A DNA stretch of 64,000 nt, from NCBI GenBank assembly GCA_951406725.2, contig OX597819.1, positions 41,354,001 to 41,418,000 of the forward strand, read 5' to 3'. The stretch comes from Octopus vulgaris. Lineage: Eukaryota. This document shows positions 52,332-63,651 of the stretch, piece by piece; position 1 is the stretch's first letter, and each line of letters opens with the position of its first letter. The notes below the pieces were generated by a model. It searched no databases. It was not told the origin of the DNA and worked only from the letters and a program-made list of their open reading frames with translations. The position numbers and the translations under genes are program-made.

Positions 52332-53380
52332 AATTAAAAAAGGAAAATACACACACATAGTTTTAATATAATCTATAATATATCGACCGGTTTTGCTATC
52401 ACTGTTCATAATATTATGTTTTACTTATTTGAATATGTATTTTTTCTTAAGAAGAAATTTTGTCCATGTTGTGTGTAATGATATTCACAAGTAGATAAAT
52501 AAGGAGAGGTAATTGGTTATCATTATTATTATTGTGGGTAAGGGAGATAACTGTTCAGCTTTCGGTAATGGGAGGGGAATATATATGTACAGACAAAAAC
52601 AAGTTTCAAAAACCTTGTTTAGTGTGGGGATTTATGTACAGTGATGTAATTGTGAATTGAAATATGTAAAAAGATAAAAGTTGGTTATGCATGCATATTA
52701 AGATGTGTTCTGTATTTTTCAATGAAAAAAGTTTCTTTATTTAAACGTTCTTGTGGAGATATTGTGTCTTTGCACTGGTAGAAGGGGAAGACTGTGAAAT
52801 TTGGTTTGATGTTATCTGCACATTTTTCTATATGCTCACTGAGAGGAATTTGCCTGTATTGCGGGGAAACAGATTTGCTCTTTATGTAGAGTGGTTCTCT
52901 TTCTCAAGGTCATACTTGTTTGTCCAATATAATTGTGTCTGCAACCCAAGCAGGTTATTACATAAATTAGGTTCTCAGAGGAACAAGTGAAACTAGTTTT
53001 AATTGTGAACCTCTGTCTTGTTTGAAAAGGAAATCTGAGCCTTCAAGTAGGTTGGGGCAGGTTCCACAGTTTGGGCGTCCACATTTTTCAAACGTTGGTT
53101 TCGTGGTTGTTTTGTAAAGCTTTGCATTTGTTAGTAGTCTCTGTAGCGATTTGTCTTGTTTTTTGCATTTGATGAGTTTGTGTGTTTTCAGGATGTCATT
53201 CATTTTTGGATCTCTAGTTAGTAAAGGAAGATTTTGCACATTGCTATTTATATCAACACACAACCCCAGAAACACTGAGACAATCAACACTATCATGAAT
53301 AGCAATAGCGAAACCGGTCGATATATTAAAAATTATATTAAAGCTATGTAAATGTGCGTATTTTCCTTTTTTAATTTCTT
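52328..53380 (-). mobile_element. Penelope-like element 3' fragment (GIY-YIG endonuclease) flanked by inverted terminal repeats
   Basis: Minus strand reads KCGRPNCGTC, then after a frameshift FTCSSENLIYVITCLGCRHNYIGQTSMTLRKRTTLHKEQI...KETFFIEKY. Segments 52328-52413 and 53291-53380 are inverted copies. Confidence 0.9.
53291..53323 (+). ncRNA. Minimal type I hammerhead motif with variant core (ATGAATA)
   Basis: tatc-ATGAATA-GC-aata-GC-GAA-ACCGGT-C-gata. Palindromic stem III, GUC triplet, stem I tatc/gata. Sister copy on the minus strand at 52381-52413. Confidence 0.6.
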
Positions 53381-53391
53381 TTATACACTAC

Positions 53392-53528
53392 GGCGTTAGG
53401 AAGGGCATCCAGCTGTAGAAACACTGCCAGATCAGACTGGGCCTGGTGCAGCCTTCTGGCTTCCCAGACCCCAGTTGAACCATTCAACCCATGGAAAGCG
53501 GACATTAAACGATGATGATGATGATGAT
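53392..53528 (+). mobile_element. Family B (RTE tail)
   Basis: ggcgttaggaagggcatccagctgtagaaac...(gat)n. Confidence 0.85.
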
Positions 53529-53700
53529 AACTCACCATGTGGGGATAAGTGAAATTCCTGCTTTCTGTTACTATATATATATATATATATATATATACAG
53601 ACACAGTAGCCTTGGGTAGATTTTCTATTGGCCAGCTCCTGTCAACTGTCCTACCCATGAATGCATAGAAGATAGAGATTGAACGATGATGATGATACAT

Positions 53701-53970
53701 ATTTGATTAATGAGAGAGGTGGAAGATGGAAAATATGAGAATGTTTATTGATCGCTACAATTGTTTTGACCCATCTAGTATCAGTCCCTCACAGATGGGA
53801 TACCAAACAATTGGTTTAGGAACATCCGTCAGGGTAGATGTGTCTCTTCAGGTGTATCTTCAAGATGTATCTCCTTAAAATAGCATTTGTTCCACAAGTT
53901 TTCTTCTCAGTGTGTGTATACAATAAACATTCTCGTATCTTCCATCTTCTGTCTCTCTCATTAATTAAAT
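53701..53970. mobile_element. Foldback element with 50-bp inverted arms
   Basis: atttgattaatgagagaggtggaagatggaaaatatgagaatgtttattg versus caataaacattctcgtatcttccatcttctgtctctctcattaattaaat. Confidence 0.8.
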
Positions 53971-53984
53971 ACCTAACAGACACT

Positions 53985-54385
53985 CATCGTCATCATCATC
54001 GTTTAACATCCGCTTTCCATACTAGCATGGGTTGGGCAATTTGACTGAGGACTGGCGAGCCAGATGGCTACACCAGGCTCCAATCTGATCTGGCAGTTTC
54101 TACAGCTGGATGCCCTTCCTAACGCCAACCACTCTGAGAGTGTAGTGGGTACTTTTATGTGCCACAAGTACGAGAGCCAGTCAGGCAGTACTGGCAACGG
54201 CCACACTCAAATGTTGTTTTTTACGTGCCACCTGCACAGGAGCCAGTCCAACGGCGCTGGCAACAACCTCACACGAATGTTTTTTTCACGTGCCAGTAAG
54301 GCGATGCTGGTAACGATCACGCTTGAATGGTGCTTTTTACGTGCCACCAGTATGGAAGCCAGCTGCTCTGGCAACGATCACGCTG
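53985..54385 (-). mobile_element. Family B (RTE tail) with subrepeats
   Basis: Conserved tail plus gtgccacc...ggcaac units. Confidence 0.85.
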
Positions 54386-54434
54386 TGAAAGTGAATGTGC
54401 TTTACCAGTTGTATAACATATGATTTATTATCTA

Positions 54435-54492
<58 letters not shown>

Positions 54493-55513
54493 CAATAAGA
54501 AAATGGAGGGGATCAATAGGTGGTTCATCAATTTTTGACATATTATGTCAACTTATTTATTTATTTACTAAAATGACAATTACAAGAATATACATACATG
54601 TATAACATGCTTTGCTTTACATATAAAATATTTTTAATATATAAAGATACCAGTAATTATTAAAATGTAACATACAGGAATATACACACAACAGGTTTCT
54701 TTTACTTTCCATATACCCAATTCATTCACAAGGCTTTAGTCAGCCTGGGGCTGAAGTAAAAAACACCTAAACTCAAACTTTGTAACTGGGAAGCAAGCTT
54801 CTTACCACAGAGGCACACCAGCACCCATGTAGTTTTATATAATTTTGGTGCTAATCCAGTTTCACTTCGGAAACATTTCAGTTTTCACGTAAAACAAATT
54901 TGCTTATTATCTTTTCCCATCAGCTGGTCAACTGTATAAAATGTTCCACTTTTGCTACTTACATTTGCATCTGATACTCAGTTATTGAGCTAAATTTTAC
55001 TGACAACATTTTTGCAAATATGTTCTTCATTTCCAGATGGGCTGCTACACAATACAGAACATTCAGACTGTCTCCTTTTGTGGAACCTTCCATACAGTTT
55101 GGGAACTGTTAGTGATCAAAGTGGCATGATCACTGGATCTTTTATGTTATCCAGAAACAATTCCTTAATTCTTTTGACACCAACCCATTCGTGACCACCT
55201 TTCTGTTGTAAAGTGATCTATATTTCAAATTTCCATGTTAATTTATGTTCCAAAAGCTAGCTTAATAATGCATTAGGTTATTTTACTAAATTCTTTATTA
55301 TTTTCAAAACTAATTGAAACAAAGGCAGTGTATTTTGACGAAGTTATTTGATAACAAAAAGTGTCAAACACATTTTGTTATGATGTGTTTAAGAGCTATT
55401 AAGGCAATATGACTCTCCCCAGACACAACAAAATTTGCTTCAACACACAAATTTACATAAAGAATCTTGCAAACCAGATACAAAAACGAAATATAAACAA
55501 GTAGATATATATA

Positions 55514-55847
55514 TCATCATCATCATCATCGTCATTTAACGTCCGCTTTCCATGCTAGCATGGGTTGGACGATTTGACTGAGGACTGGTGAACCAAATGG
55601 CTGCGCCAGGCTCCAATCTGATCTGGCAGAGTTTCTACAGCTGGATGCCCTTCCTAACGCCAACCAGCACGAGGGCCAGTCAGGCAGTACTGGCAGCGGC
55701 CACGCTCAAATGGTGTCTTTTACATGCCACCTGCACAGGAGCCAGTCCAGCAGCACTGGCAATGACCTCGCTCGAATGTTTTTTTCACGTGCCACCGGCA
55801 CAAGTGCGAGTAAGGTGACGCTGGTATCGATCACACTCGAATGGTGA
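55514..55847 (-). mobile_element. Family B (RTE tail) with subrepeats
   Basis: Conserved tail plus subrepeat units, as in 53985-54385. Confidence 0.85.
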
Positions 55848-56251
55848 TCTCAGTCAATCTCTGAAGGGAAACAACTGCTTCTCACCATTTTATATATATT
55901 TGTAATTTCAGACTGCTTAATCAACTGAACACAAATCAAGACTTTGAATTATCTACAAGTTATTGCTTGATTCAAGTTGTTTCTGTTGCTTAACCTCAGG
56001 TCAGCCTTGATTCAGCAACTGTATGATTGAAACTGTTCTAGCTATGACATTTTGTTGAGACATTCTTTTGTCTTTTTTTTTTTTTTTATATGCATGGCAG
56101 TGTGGTTAAGAAATTCACTTTGCAATTGCATGGTTTCTAGGTTCAATCTCACTGCACAGCACCTTGAGCAAGTATCTTCTACTATAGCCCTGGTTCAATG
56201 AATGCCTTGTGAATGAATTTGGTAGATGGAAACTGTAGAACTATGTAGAAG

Positions 56252-56483
56252 GTGGCGAGCTGGCAGAAACGTTAGCACGCTGGATGAAATGCTTAGCGGT
56301 TTTTGTGTCTGCCGTTACGTTCTGAGTTCAAATTCCGCTGAGGTTGACTCTGCCTTTCATCCTTTCGGGGTCAATAAATTAAGTACCAGTTATGCACTGG
56401 GGTTGATGTAATCGACTTAATCCTTTTGTCTGTCTTTATTTGTCCCCTCTATGTTTAGCCCCTTGTGGGCAATAAAGAAATAG
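56252..56483 (+). mobile_element. SINE C inserted into an older SINE A head (about 56090-56510)
   Basis: Direct repeat aactatgtagaag on both sides. Complete SINE C body. Confidence 0.85.
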
Positions 56484-56537
56484 GAAACTATGTAGAAGTC
56501 TGTTGTATAAATATATATATATATATTTATATAAATA

Positions 56538-56850
56538 CCTCATTCAGTCATAAATGACCATGGGATTGCACCTAGAAAATTACCCTTCAAGGTATAAGTC
56601 TGAGCAAGGTTGTTTATGGAAGACCAACAGTCACACATGCATACCAGCCTCTCCTCTTCATGCCACCAGTGTTATCCAAGGAAAAGGACAGCTTGGCACT
56701 AGTAATGTTGCAGCTCATTTCTGAGTGAACTAGAGCAACATGAAATAAAGTGTCTTGCTCAAGAACACAATACACAGCCCAGTCCGGGAATTGAACTCAC
56801 TACCTTGTGATTGTGAGCCCGATGCTCTAACCACTGAACCATGTGCCTTC
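56538..56850 (-). mobile_element. SINE family D variant
   Basis: tRNA-like head (reverse complement catggttcagtggttagagc...gagttcaattccc). Homologous to 30540-30822. Confidence 0.78.
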
Positions 56851-57149
56851 ATATGTATACATATACCCTATAGAGTGTAGGATGTACGACCAGGGTAGTA
56901 CCTCATGGTGAGAAGCCGTTGTTTCCCTGCAGAAATTGACTGAGATCCTATTTAGTTCCCACTCCTGCTTCTATCTCGTGTATGGCTCCACAGATGCTGC
57001 ACTGTATGGCAGTGTCCACATTCTGATTCCTGGTTTTGATTGACCAGCTAAATTACATGAGTGAACCCAAGTACTATGTTTGAGGGTGGGAATGCTTATC
57101 TCTTAATATTTGAAACTGGAATAGCAAAGAGTGCAGAAGAAGTTAAGTT

Positions 57150-57372
57150 AATTTTTTGGCTCAAAAAGCAAAAAGCAAGGCCATGTAGGGGGACATGGAG
57201 TTATGTACAGGGATAGTGTTCATGCAAAGAGTTCAAGCCATTTCTGGTCAAGAGAGACTTTGAACCGAGCGGTCATCGGCATCTTCACCATCTCGTCTGG
57301 CAGCTTATTCCACGGATCTGCAACCCGAACGGAGAAAGCCCCTCTCCTTTGATTGAGGTGAAATCGTCGCAG
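57150..57372 (-). mobile_element. CR1/L2-group LINE 3' end
   Basis: Minus-strand translation LRRFHLNQRRGAFSVRVADPWNKLPDEMV....ARFKVSLD matches the FS.RV...WN.LP...FK..LD C-terminal motif. Confidence 0.8.
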
Positions 57373-57679
57373 AAAACGGGTCTATGGATTTGCTGGCCTG
57401 AAAGTGGAGTATGTGACATGCCGTAAAACCAGGTGAACCAACACATAAATGGCAACATCAATCAGTCATTATGAAAAGAATTGGGACCTTATCATGTACT
57501 ATCTTAAACAAATGCCAATTATGTTCCAAACAGATCTGGAGTCTTGGCAAGTTAGCCTGTGAACACAGGGTGGGCACCTGGCTGGTGGTGATATATGTTT
57601 TTACCAATAGAGTGGGTATATTATTTAAAGTGTATAGTATTGTAGACCCATTAGGTATACAATATTGTAGAGCTATTGT

Positions 57680-58173
57680 GTAAGATGTATGAATGAAGAT
57701 AGTTCCATCAAGAGGTGCCGATTTCTAACTATAGAGAGAACATGTGGCAGGGGTAGACCCAGGAAGATGTGGGACAAAGTGGTGAGAAAGGATCTACAGA
57801 TGTTGGGATTCACAGAGGGGATGACAGGGTTTGCTGTGCTTGAAAAAACACCAAGCTTAGTAAAAGCATGGTTGTCTTTGCATACAGACTTGTTCCTGCA
57901 TCACACTCCAGCTGAGCATTCATAATCTTGCAGGCTCATGGGTATTGGTGCAATGTAAAAAGCACCTAAACTGGGGGCCACATAAAAGCACCTGTACCAG
58001 TGCTGCATAAAAGTACCCAGTATATTCTGTAAAGTGGTTGGCATTAGGATGCGCTTCCAGCCATAGAAACCATGCCAATAGAGACATAGAGCCAGGGCAG
58101 TTCTTCAGCTGGTCAGCTCCTGACAAACTGTCAACCCATGCCAGCATAGAAAAAATAGACATTAAATGATGAT
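57680..58173 (+). mobile_element. 5'-truncated RTE (end of ORF plus 3' UTR)
   Basis: MNEDSSIKRC..L.IE.TCGRGRPRK.WD.VVRKDL, followed by the family B tail. Confidence 0.82.
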
Positions 58174-58465
58174 TACAGCTGGTCTTACCAGTCAGTTTAT
58201 CACCAGATGTTAGATAACTGGGTGGTTATGTAATATATGTGCTCTTCAGGGATGGCAAGTGTGGAAAAAAGGGCTACAGTTCTGTGTTGGAAGTGAGAAA
58301 ATATCACATCCAGATTGTCGGGTGCTGTGAAAAAGAGGAAATGAAGTCTATCCTTTGATAGACAAGAATTTTTCATGGCAAATAGCTGTGCCTTGTTGAG
58401 GAGAATGAGGTTAATAAAACATAAAAGTTAGAGATATCTAACTGAATGAATTTACTTTACTTTTT

Positions 58466-59140
58466 TTTTTAGCTAATGCTGGAAAACCAATCAATTACTT
58501 CATTGGAGTTAGACCATATGTTAAGTTTTATAGTATTTTTAAGTGTGGGTATGCACTTATCAATGACGTGCTTACTAGCTTTGCCTAAATCTGCTTTTGA
58601 GGGGTGTATCAGCCTTGCAGGTGGGTTAGTAGTGAAGCTAGGTTTATGGTCATTCAGGTTGACTTGTTGGGGTCTGGGTTGGTAAGGTTCAATCCTGTCT
58701 TCTAACTTTAACTTTTCTACGATTTGTTTAGCCTGTAAGTTTAAATTAGTTTTGTTATTTTCATGTGTTATTTTGTAATTTTTCAGGATTGCCTTTTTAA
58801 GCAAGTGTGGTATAAATCATAGTCTAAATGGTATAAGTTACTGGTTTCGTTCATCTGTACAAGAATCTGTTTTCTTCTTGAGATCCGTTGCTGGTGTGCA
58901 CAGTTTCCTTAAGTGTTCGTTTCTTTGTATGAGGGAATTTGTAGAATTTAATATTATTTACAATACTCCAAAGTTCATCTTTGAATCCAGCCAGTTGCAG
59001 ATTAGGTGGTGGAAATTTCTGAGATTTAAATAAATGCTGTAATTTCTCATAATTTATGGTGTGGTATGGTGTTTCTTTCCTTCTGAGTCAAAATGGTATG
59101 CACGTCGCCTTGATTATACAGAGAAACTTTCAAATTGTCA
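58466..59140 (-). mobile_element. Penelope-like RT N-terminal fragment (DHK...RLI.P type)
   Basis: ORF 58469-58804 reads LKLEDRIE...LNDHKPSF..NPPARLIHPSKADLGKASK..ID...NIWSNSNEVIDWF. Upstream is FKSQKFPPP...FKDELWSIVNNIKF. Confidence 0.72.
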
Positions 59141-59539
59141 TCCTGAATAAGTTTCTTATATTACATGTATCTGATTTAATCTGAAGGAATTTAAGTTATT
59201 TTTATTTAATTGTATTAAATACCTAGTTGTTGTACAAAACATTGAGAAATACACTTTGACTTACTTTAGGATCTAGAACTATATGTTTCATCCTGAAACT
59301 TAAGGTCAAGATGAGGTCAAACATGATGTAATTTTTATAGCTATATCAAGTTTCTAAACCTCCTCACATTCTTTTTTCTATCTAAAACCATAGTAACCTA
59401 GCAAATTACATTGGCGACACATAAATACACCGAGTTCATTTTGAATCACATTTGAATAAAGGTGCATAGTTGAAAATAGCTGGATGCAAATGCAACAGCT
59501 AATTCTGGACACAGCACAAACACATATCAGTCATATCCT

Positions 59540-59742
59540 TTCCTACTCTAGGCACAAGGCCCAAAAAATTTTGAGGGAAGGTGGTCAGTCGATTAGATTG
59601 ATCCCAGTAGACAACTGGTACTTAATTTATCAACCCTGAAAGGATGAAAGGCAAAGTCAACCTCAGCAGAATTTGGACCCAGATGAAATACCACTGAGCA
59701 TTTCGCTCGGTGTGCTAATGTTTCTGCCAGCTCACTGCCTTC
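59540..59742 (-). mobile_element. SINE family C
   Basis: ggcacaaggccc...aactggtacttaatttat...gaaaggcaaagtc...ctgccagctcactg. Confidence 0.8.
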
Positions 59743-59866
59743 TGTGTCAGTTATATCTAAACCAATTATGCTGTATGATTAACTGTAAAAATAAAAATGA
59801 AAAAGTATGCAGATACACAAGCCTCCATATTCATTGTAATTGTTTTATATATATGTATGTGTATGT

Positions 59867-60735
59867 CATCATCATCATCATCGTTTAACATCCTCTTTCC
59901 ATGCTGGCATGGGTTAGATGATTTGACTGAGGACTGGTCAGACAGATGGCTGCACCAGGCTCCAATCTGATCTGGCAGAGTTTCTACAGCTGAATGCCCT
60001 TCCTAATGCCAACCACTCCAAGAGTGTAGTGGGTACTTTTACGTGCCACCTGCACAGGGGCCTGTCCAGTGGCACTGGCAACGACCTCGCTCAAATATTG
60101 TTTTTCACATGCCACCGGCACAAATGCCAGTAAGGTGACGCTGGAAACGATCATGCTCGAATGGTGCTTTTTACATACCACCAGCATGGGAGCCAGTCAG
60201 TGGCTCTAGCAACAATCACGCTCGGATGGTGCGCCTTTAGCGCTCCACTAGCACAGATGCCAGTCATGCTGTGCTATCATCGAATTTGATTTTGATTTTG
60301 ATTTCACTTGCCTCAACAGGTCTTCGCAAGCAGAGTTTAGTGTCCAATGAAGAAAAGGTATGTATAAGTGGGCTAGTTACACCCCTGGCATAGGCCACGG
60401 GTTATGGTCTCACTTGGCTTGTCAGGTCTTCTCAAGCACAGCATATTTCCAAAGGTCTCGGTCTCTAGTCATTGCCTCAGTGAGGCCTAATGTTCGAAGG
60501 TCATGCTTCACCACCTCATCCCGGGGTTTCCCGGGTCAGGTTCTTCCGCAGGTTCCCTCAACCACTAGGGTGTCGCACTTTTTCACACAGCTATCCTCAT
60601 CCATTCTCACCACATGACCATACCAGCACAGTCGTCTTTCTTGCACACCACATCTGATGCTTCTTTGGTCCAACTTTTCTCTCAAGGCACTTACACTGTC
60701 GAGTATGCACACTAACATTACACATCCAGCAGAGC
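59867..60735 (-). mobile_element. 5'-truncated RTE LINE: RT C-terminus, complete 3' UTR with subrepeats, (GAT)n tail
   Basis: SALREKLDQRSIRCGVQERRLCWYGHVVRMDEDSCVKKC..LVVEGTCGR is contiguous with the family B sequence, showing that family B is the RTE 3' UTR. Confidence 0.9.
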
Positions 60736-60786
60736 ATACTTGCTTCATTCCTTGCAAGCTTACGCATGTCCTCGTGTATATATATA

Positions 60787-61570
60787 CCGTGGGGGGAAAT
60801 AAATATTCATACATGTCAAAATTCTTTATTTATTTAATTTCTAATAAACATAAATGGGATATACCAATACTATATTTGCATACACATGTATAAATTAAGA
60901 ATATGCAAAAGAAACTAATAAATTATAGTAACTAAGGAATTTATATTCAATTATAAATATTTAGGGGTGAAAAAAGTATTCATACAGAACATAAATAACT
61001 GATAATTCTGATTTAATACTTCGTAGCATAACCATTATTTAGTTCCACTTCAACCAATCTCTTCTTGTAGTTCTTAATCAATGACTTGCATGTTTCTTTA
61101 GGAATTTTTTCCCATTCTTCTTGACAAATTTTCTTCAAATCTGCAATGCACGTTGGGGCTCTTGAATGAATTTTAATTTTCAAATAACGCCACAAATTTT
61201 CAATGGGGTTCAAGTCAGGTGACTGGCTTGGCCATTCTAATAATTTTGTATTGTGATCAACAATCCATTTTTTGGTAGACTTCGCGTGTGCTTAGGGTCG
61301 TTATCCTGTTGTAAAACCCACCTTCACAAAGCTGGAGCTTTTCTTCAAAGTCCCATAAATTATGGTTCAAAATATTTTGGTACATCTCAGCATTCATTCT
61401 ACCATCTATCACATGTAAATTGCCAGTACCATTTGCAGAGAAGCACCTCCACACCATGATGTTGCCACCTCCAAACTTTACAGTAGGAATTGTGTTTTTC
61501 GGCAAATAGGTGGTACCATCTTTCCTCCAAACATGGCTATGCAAATTTTGTTCAAACAATTCAATTTTCG
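60787..61570 (-). mobile_element. Tc1-family transposon, 3' half (DD34E-type transposase remnant plus right TIR)
   Basis: KIELF, TVKFGGGNIMVW.CF, QDNDPKH, WPSQSPDLNPIENLW, GYATKY-stop at 61013. Terminal TA|ccgtggggggaaataaatattcatac with an inner repeat ggggtgaaaaaagtattcatac at about 60964. Confidence 0.93.
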
Positions 61571-61776
61571 ACTGGTCATAAAGTGACCATTGGTTTCACA
61601 TCTATAAAGTACTTAGAAGTATAAGCGACTTGTTAGACCCAAATGGCCAAAGGCACATCTTTTATCAGCTGGCAATAAATAGGATAAAACTTCTTTGGTC
61701 ATTTGAATTTGATGAGTCACCTATACTGGTTAAGTGCTTGACAGATGTGAAACCAATGGGCACTCTATGACTGGCC
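61570..61776. mobile_element. Palindromic MITE-like element of about 205 bp
   Basis: gtcataaagtgaccattggtttcacatctataaagtactta pairs with taagtgcttgacagatgtgaaaccaatgggcactctatgac. Pairing continues to caaatggccaaag / ctttggtcatttg. Confidence 0.8.
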
Positions 61777-62019
61777 ATAAAATTTAATTTCCGAAATATA
61801 CATATATATATTCAAATTTTCAATGGTTCAGGATAAGCATCTTATGTTATCATCTTATCCTTATGTTTGGAAACTTCAAGTACCACAGAATTTGAATCAA
61901 ACTGTTTTGATCTATCCATCTGTCTATCTGTCTGTACATATATATATATATGTACATTCAAAATGTGACCGTGTGTGTACTGTTGGCGATTTTTTTCCCT
62001 CTGTCTTCCCTTCTCCTAT

Positions 62020-62054
62020 GTTTCTGACGAAGAGCTCCGCTCGAAACATTAAAC
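62020..62054 (+). ncRNA. Minimal type I hammerhead motif in an orphan terminal-repeat-like piece (about 61966-62145)
   Basis: gttt-CTGACGA-a-GAGC-tcc-GCTC-GAA-ACAT-T-aaac. Canonical core, stem I gttt/aaac. Confidence 0.7.
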
Positions 62055-62141
62055 CCTCCTTCTTTCCTGAGCGTCCAATAATACTATATTTGTTCCACGT
62101 CCTTGCGTTGTTGTGTTTTTTTGAGCTTTCTTGTTTGGATT

Positions 62142-62204
<63 letters not shown>

Positions 62205-62206
<2 letters not shown>

Positions 62207-62406
62207 CTTTTATTTGTTTCAGTCATTTGACTGCGGCCATGCTGGAGAACCGCCTTTAGTGGACCAAGTCGACCTCAGGACTTATTCTTTGTAAGCCTAG
62301 TACCTATTCTATCGGTCTCTCTTGCCGAACCACTAAGTGATGGGGACATAAACACAACAGCATCGGTTGTCAAGCGATGTGGGGGGGGGACAAACACAGA
62401 CATGCA

Positions 62407-62445
<39 letters not shown>

Positions 62446-62601
62446 GACTTCTTTCAGTTTCCGTCTACCAAATCCACTAACAAGGCTTTGGTCGGCCCGA
62501 GGCTATAGTAGAAGACACTTGCTCAAGGTGCCACGCAGTGGGACTGAACCTGGAACCATGTGGTTCATAAGCATGATACTTACCACACAGCCACTCCTGT
62601 A

Positions 62602-62604
<3 letters not shown>
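62205..62604 (-). mobile_element. SINE family A, full length
   Basis: Complete match. Confidence 0.9.
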
Positions 62605-62639
<35 letters not shown>

Positions 62640-63268
62640 TATATATATATATATATATATATACATAGACATATATATACATATACATAGACATATATAT
62701 ACATATATATAGACATATATATACATATATATATATAAGACATTAAAAATAAATGTTTTTATTATTTTGAAACAAATTATTTCATGTGAAGTGATTAACA
62801 ATTGCAGTAAGTTTCTCTTTTTATTTTGAAGTAAAAGAATCAAATTTCATTCAGATTTGAACTGTATGAATATATTTTGCTTACAAATGTTTCACTTTTT
62901 GAAAATTACTAAGGTGTTTCGATTTCATTTTATTAAGGATGAAAATATAATTATAAATCCAAACAAAATATATTTATTTACAAAAAATAGTACTGCAGCT
63001 GTAAATCACCTAATTTAATTCAGTTTCTGACTTTAAAAAAATATTTAATTAAAATGTAAACGAAGGAAATTCAGTATTAATTATTCAACATTACAACGTG
63101 GATAAAAAATTTATGTAGAATGTGAGCTTTGCTGTTGAGGACAATTTTTTGAATTTCATAAATGTTAGGTTTAACAGGAACATTTTCAAGAAATTATTTT
63201 ATTCTTTTCTTTATGACAATGCTAATTATAACTGGGATTGTTTGTATCTTCTATAATCACATCTAAGT

Positions 63269-63581
63269 CAATGGTTTCCAACATGGGTTCATATGACCTC
63301 CGGTGTCTATGTAAGATTTCTTAAATTGGGGACCCACAGTGTATTTTAAAGGTCCATGAGAAAATTTTTCTTTAAATGTATCTATTGCAAGAAACAGCTA
63401 GGTTTCTTTCTCTAACATTTTACATAGTTCAACCTACACAAGTTAACAGGAAAAGCAAAATAGCAATTTTGAAAGAAGTATCTATAAAACTAGTTCTTAC
63501 ATATCTAATGTCTATGAGGGTCCACCACAGTAAAATTGTAACCAAAGGGGTCCATAAATAAAAAATGGTTCAGAACCACTG
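63269..63581. mobile_element. hAT-type MITE
   Basis: TIRs caatggtttccaac / gttcagaaccactg. 8-bp TSD atctaagt / gtctaagt (1 mismatch). Confidence 0.8.
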
Positions 63582-63651
63582 GTCTAAGTCTTTGTATTTT
63601 GCAAATTTGTTATACCCTTTAGCAGATACATTTTTGTTAGATGGTATGGTC

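Noticed and set aside
55039-55194. Strong plus-strand acceptor ttcttcatttccag followed by a short open frame
   Set aside because: No convincing donor or recognisable peptide, and it runs into a degraded MITE.
56810-56850. tRNA gene-like A/B boxes in SINE heads
   Set aside because: No full cloverleaf, and they are followed by SINE bodies present in multiple copies.
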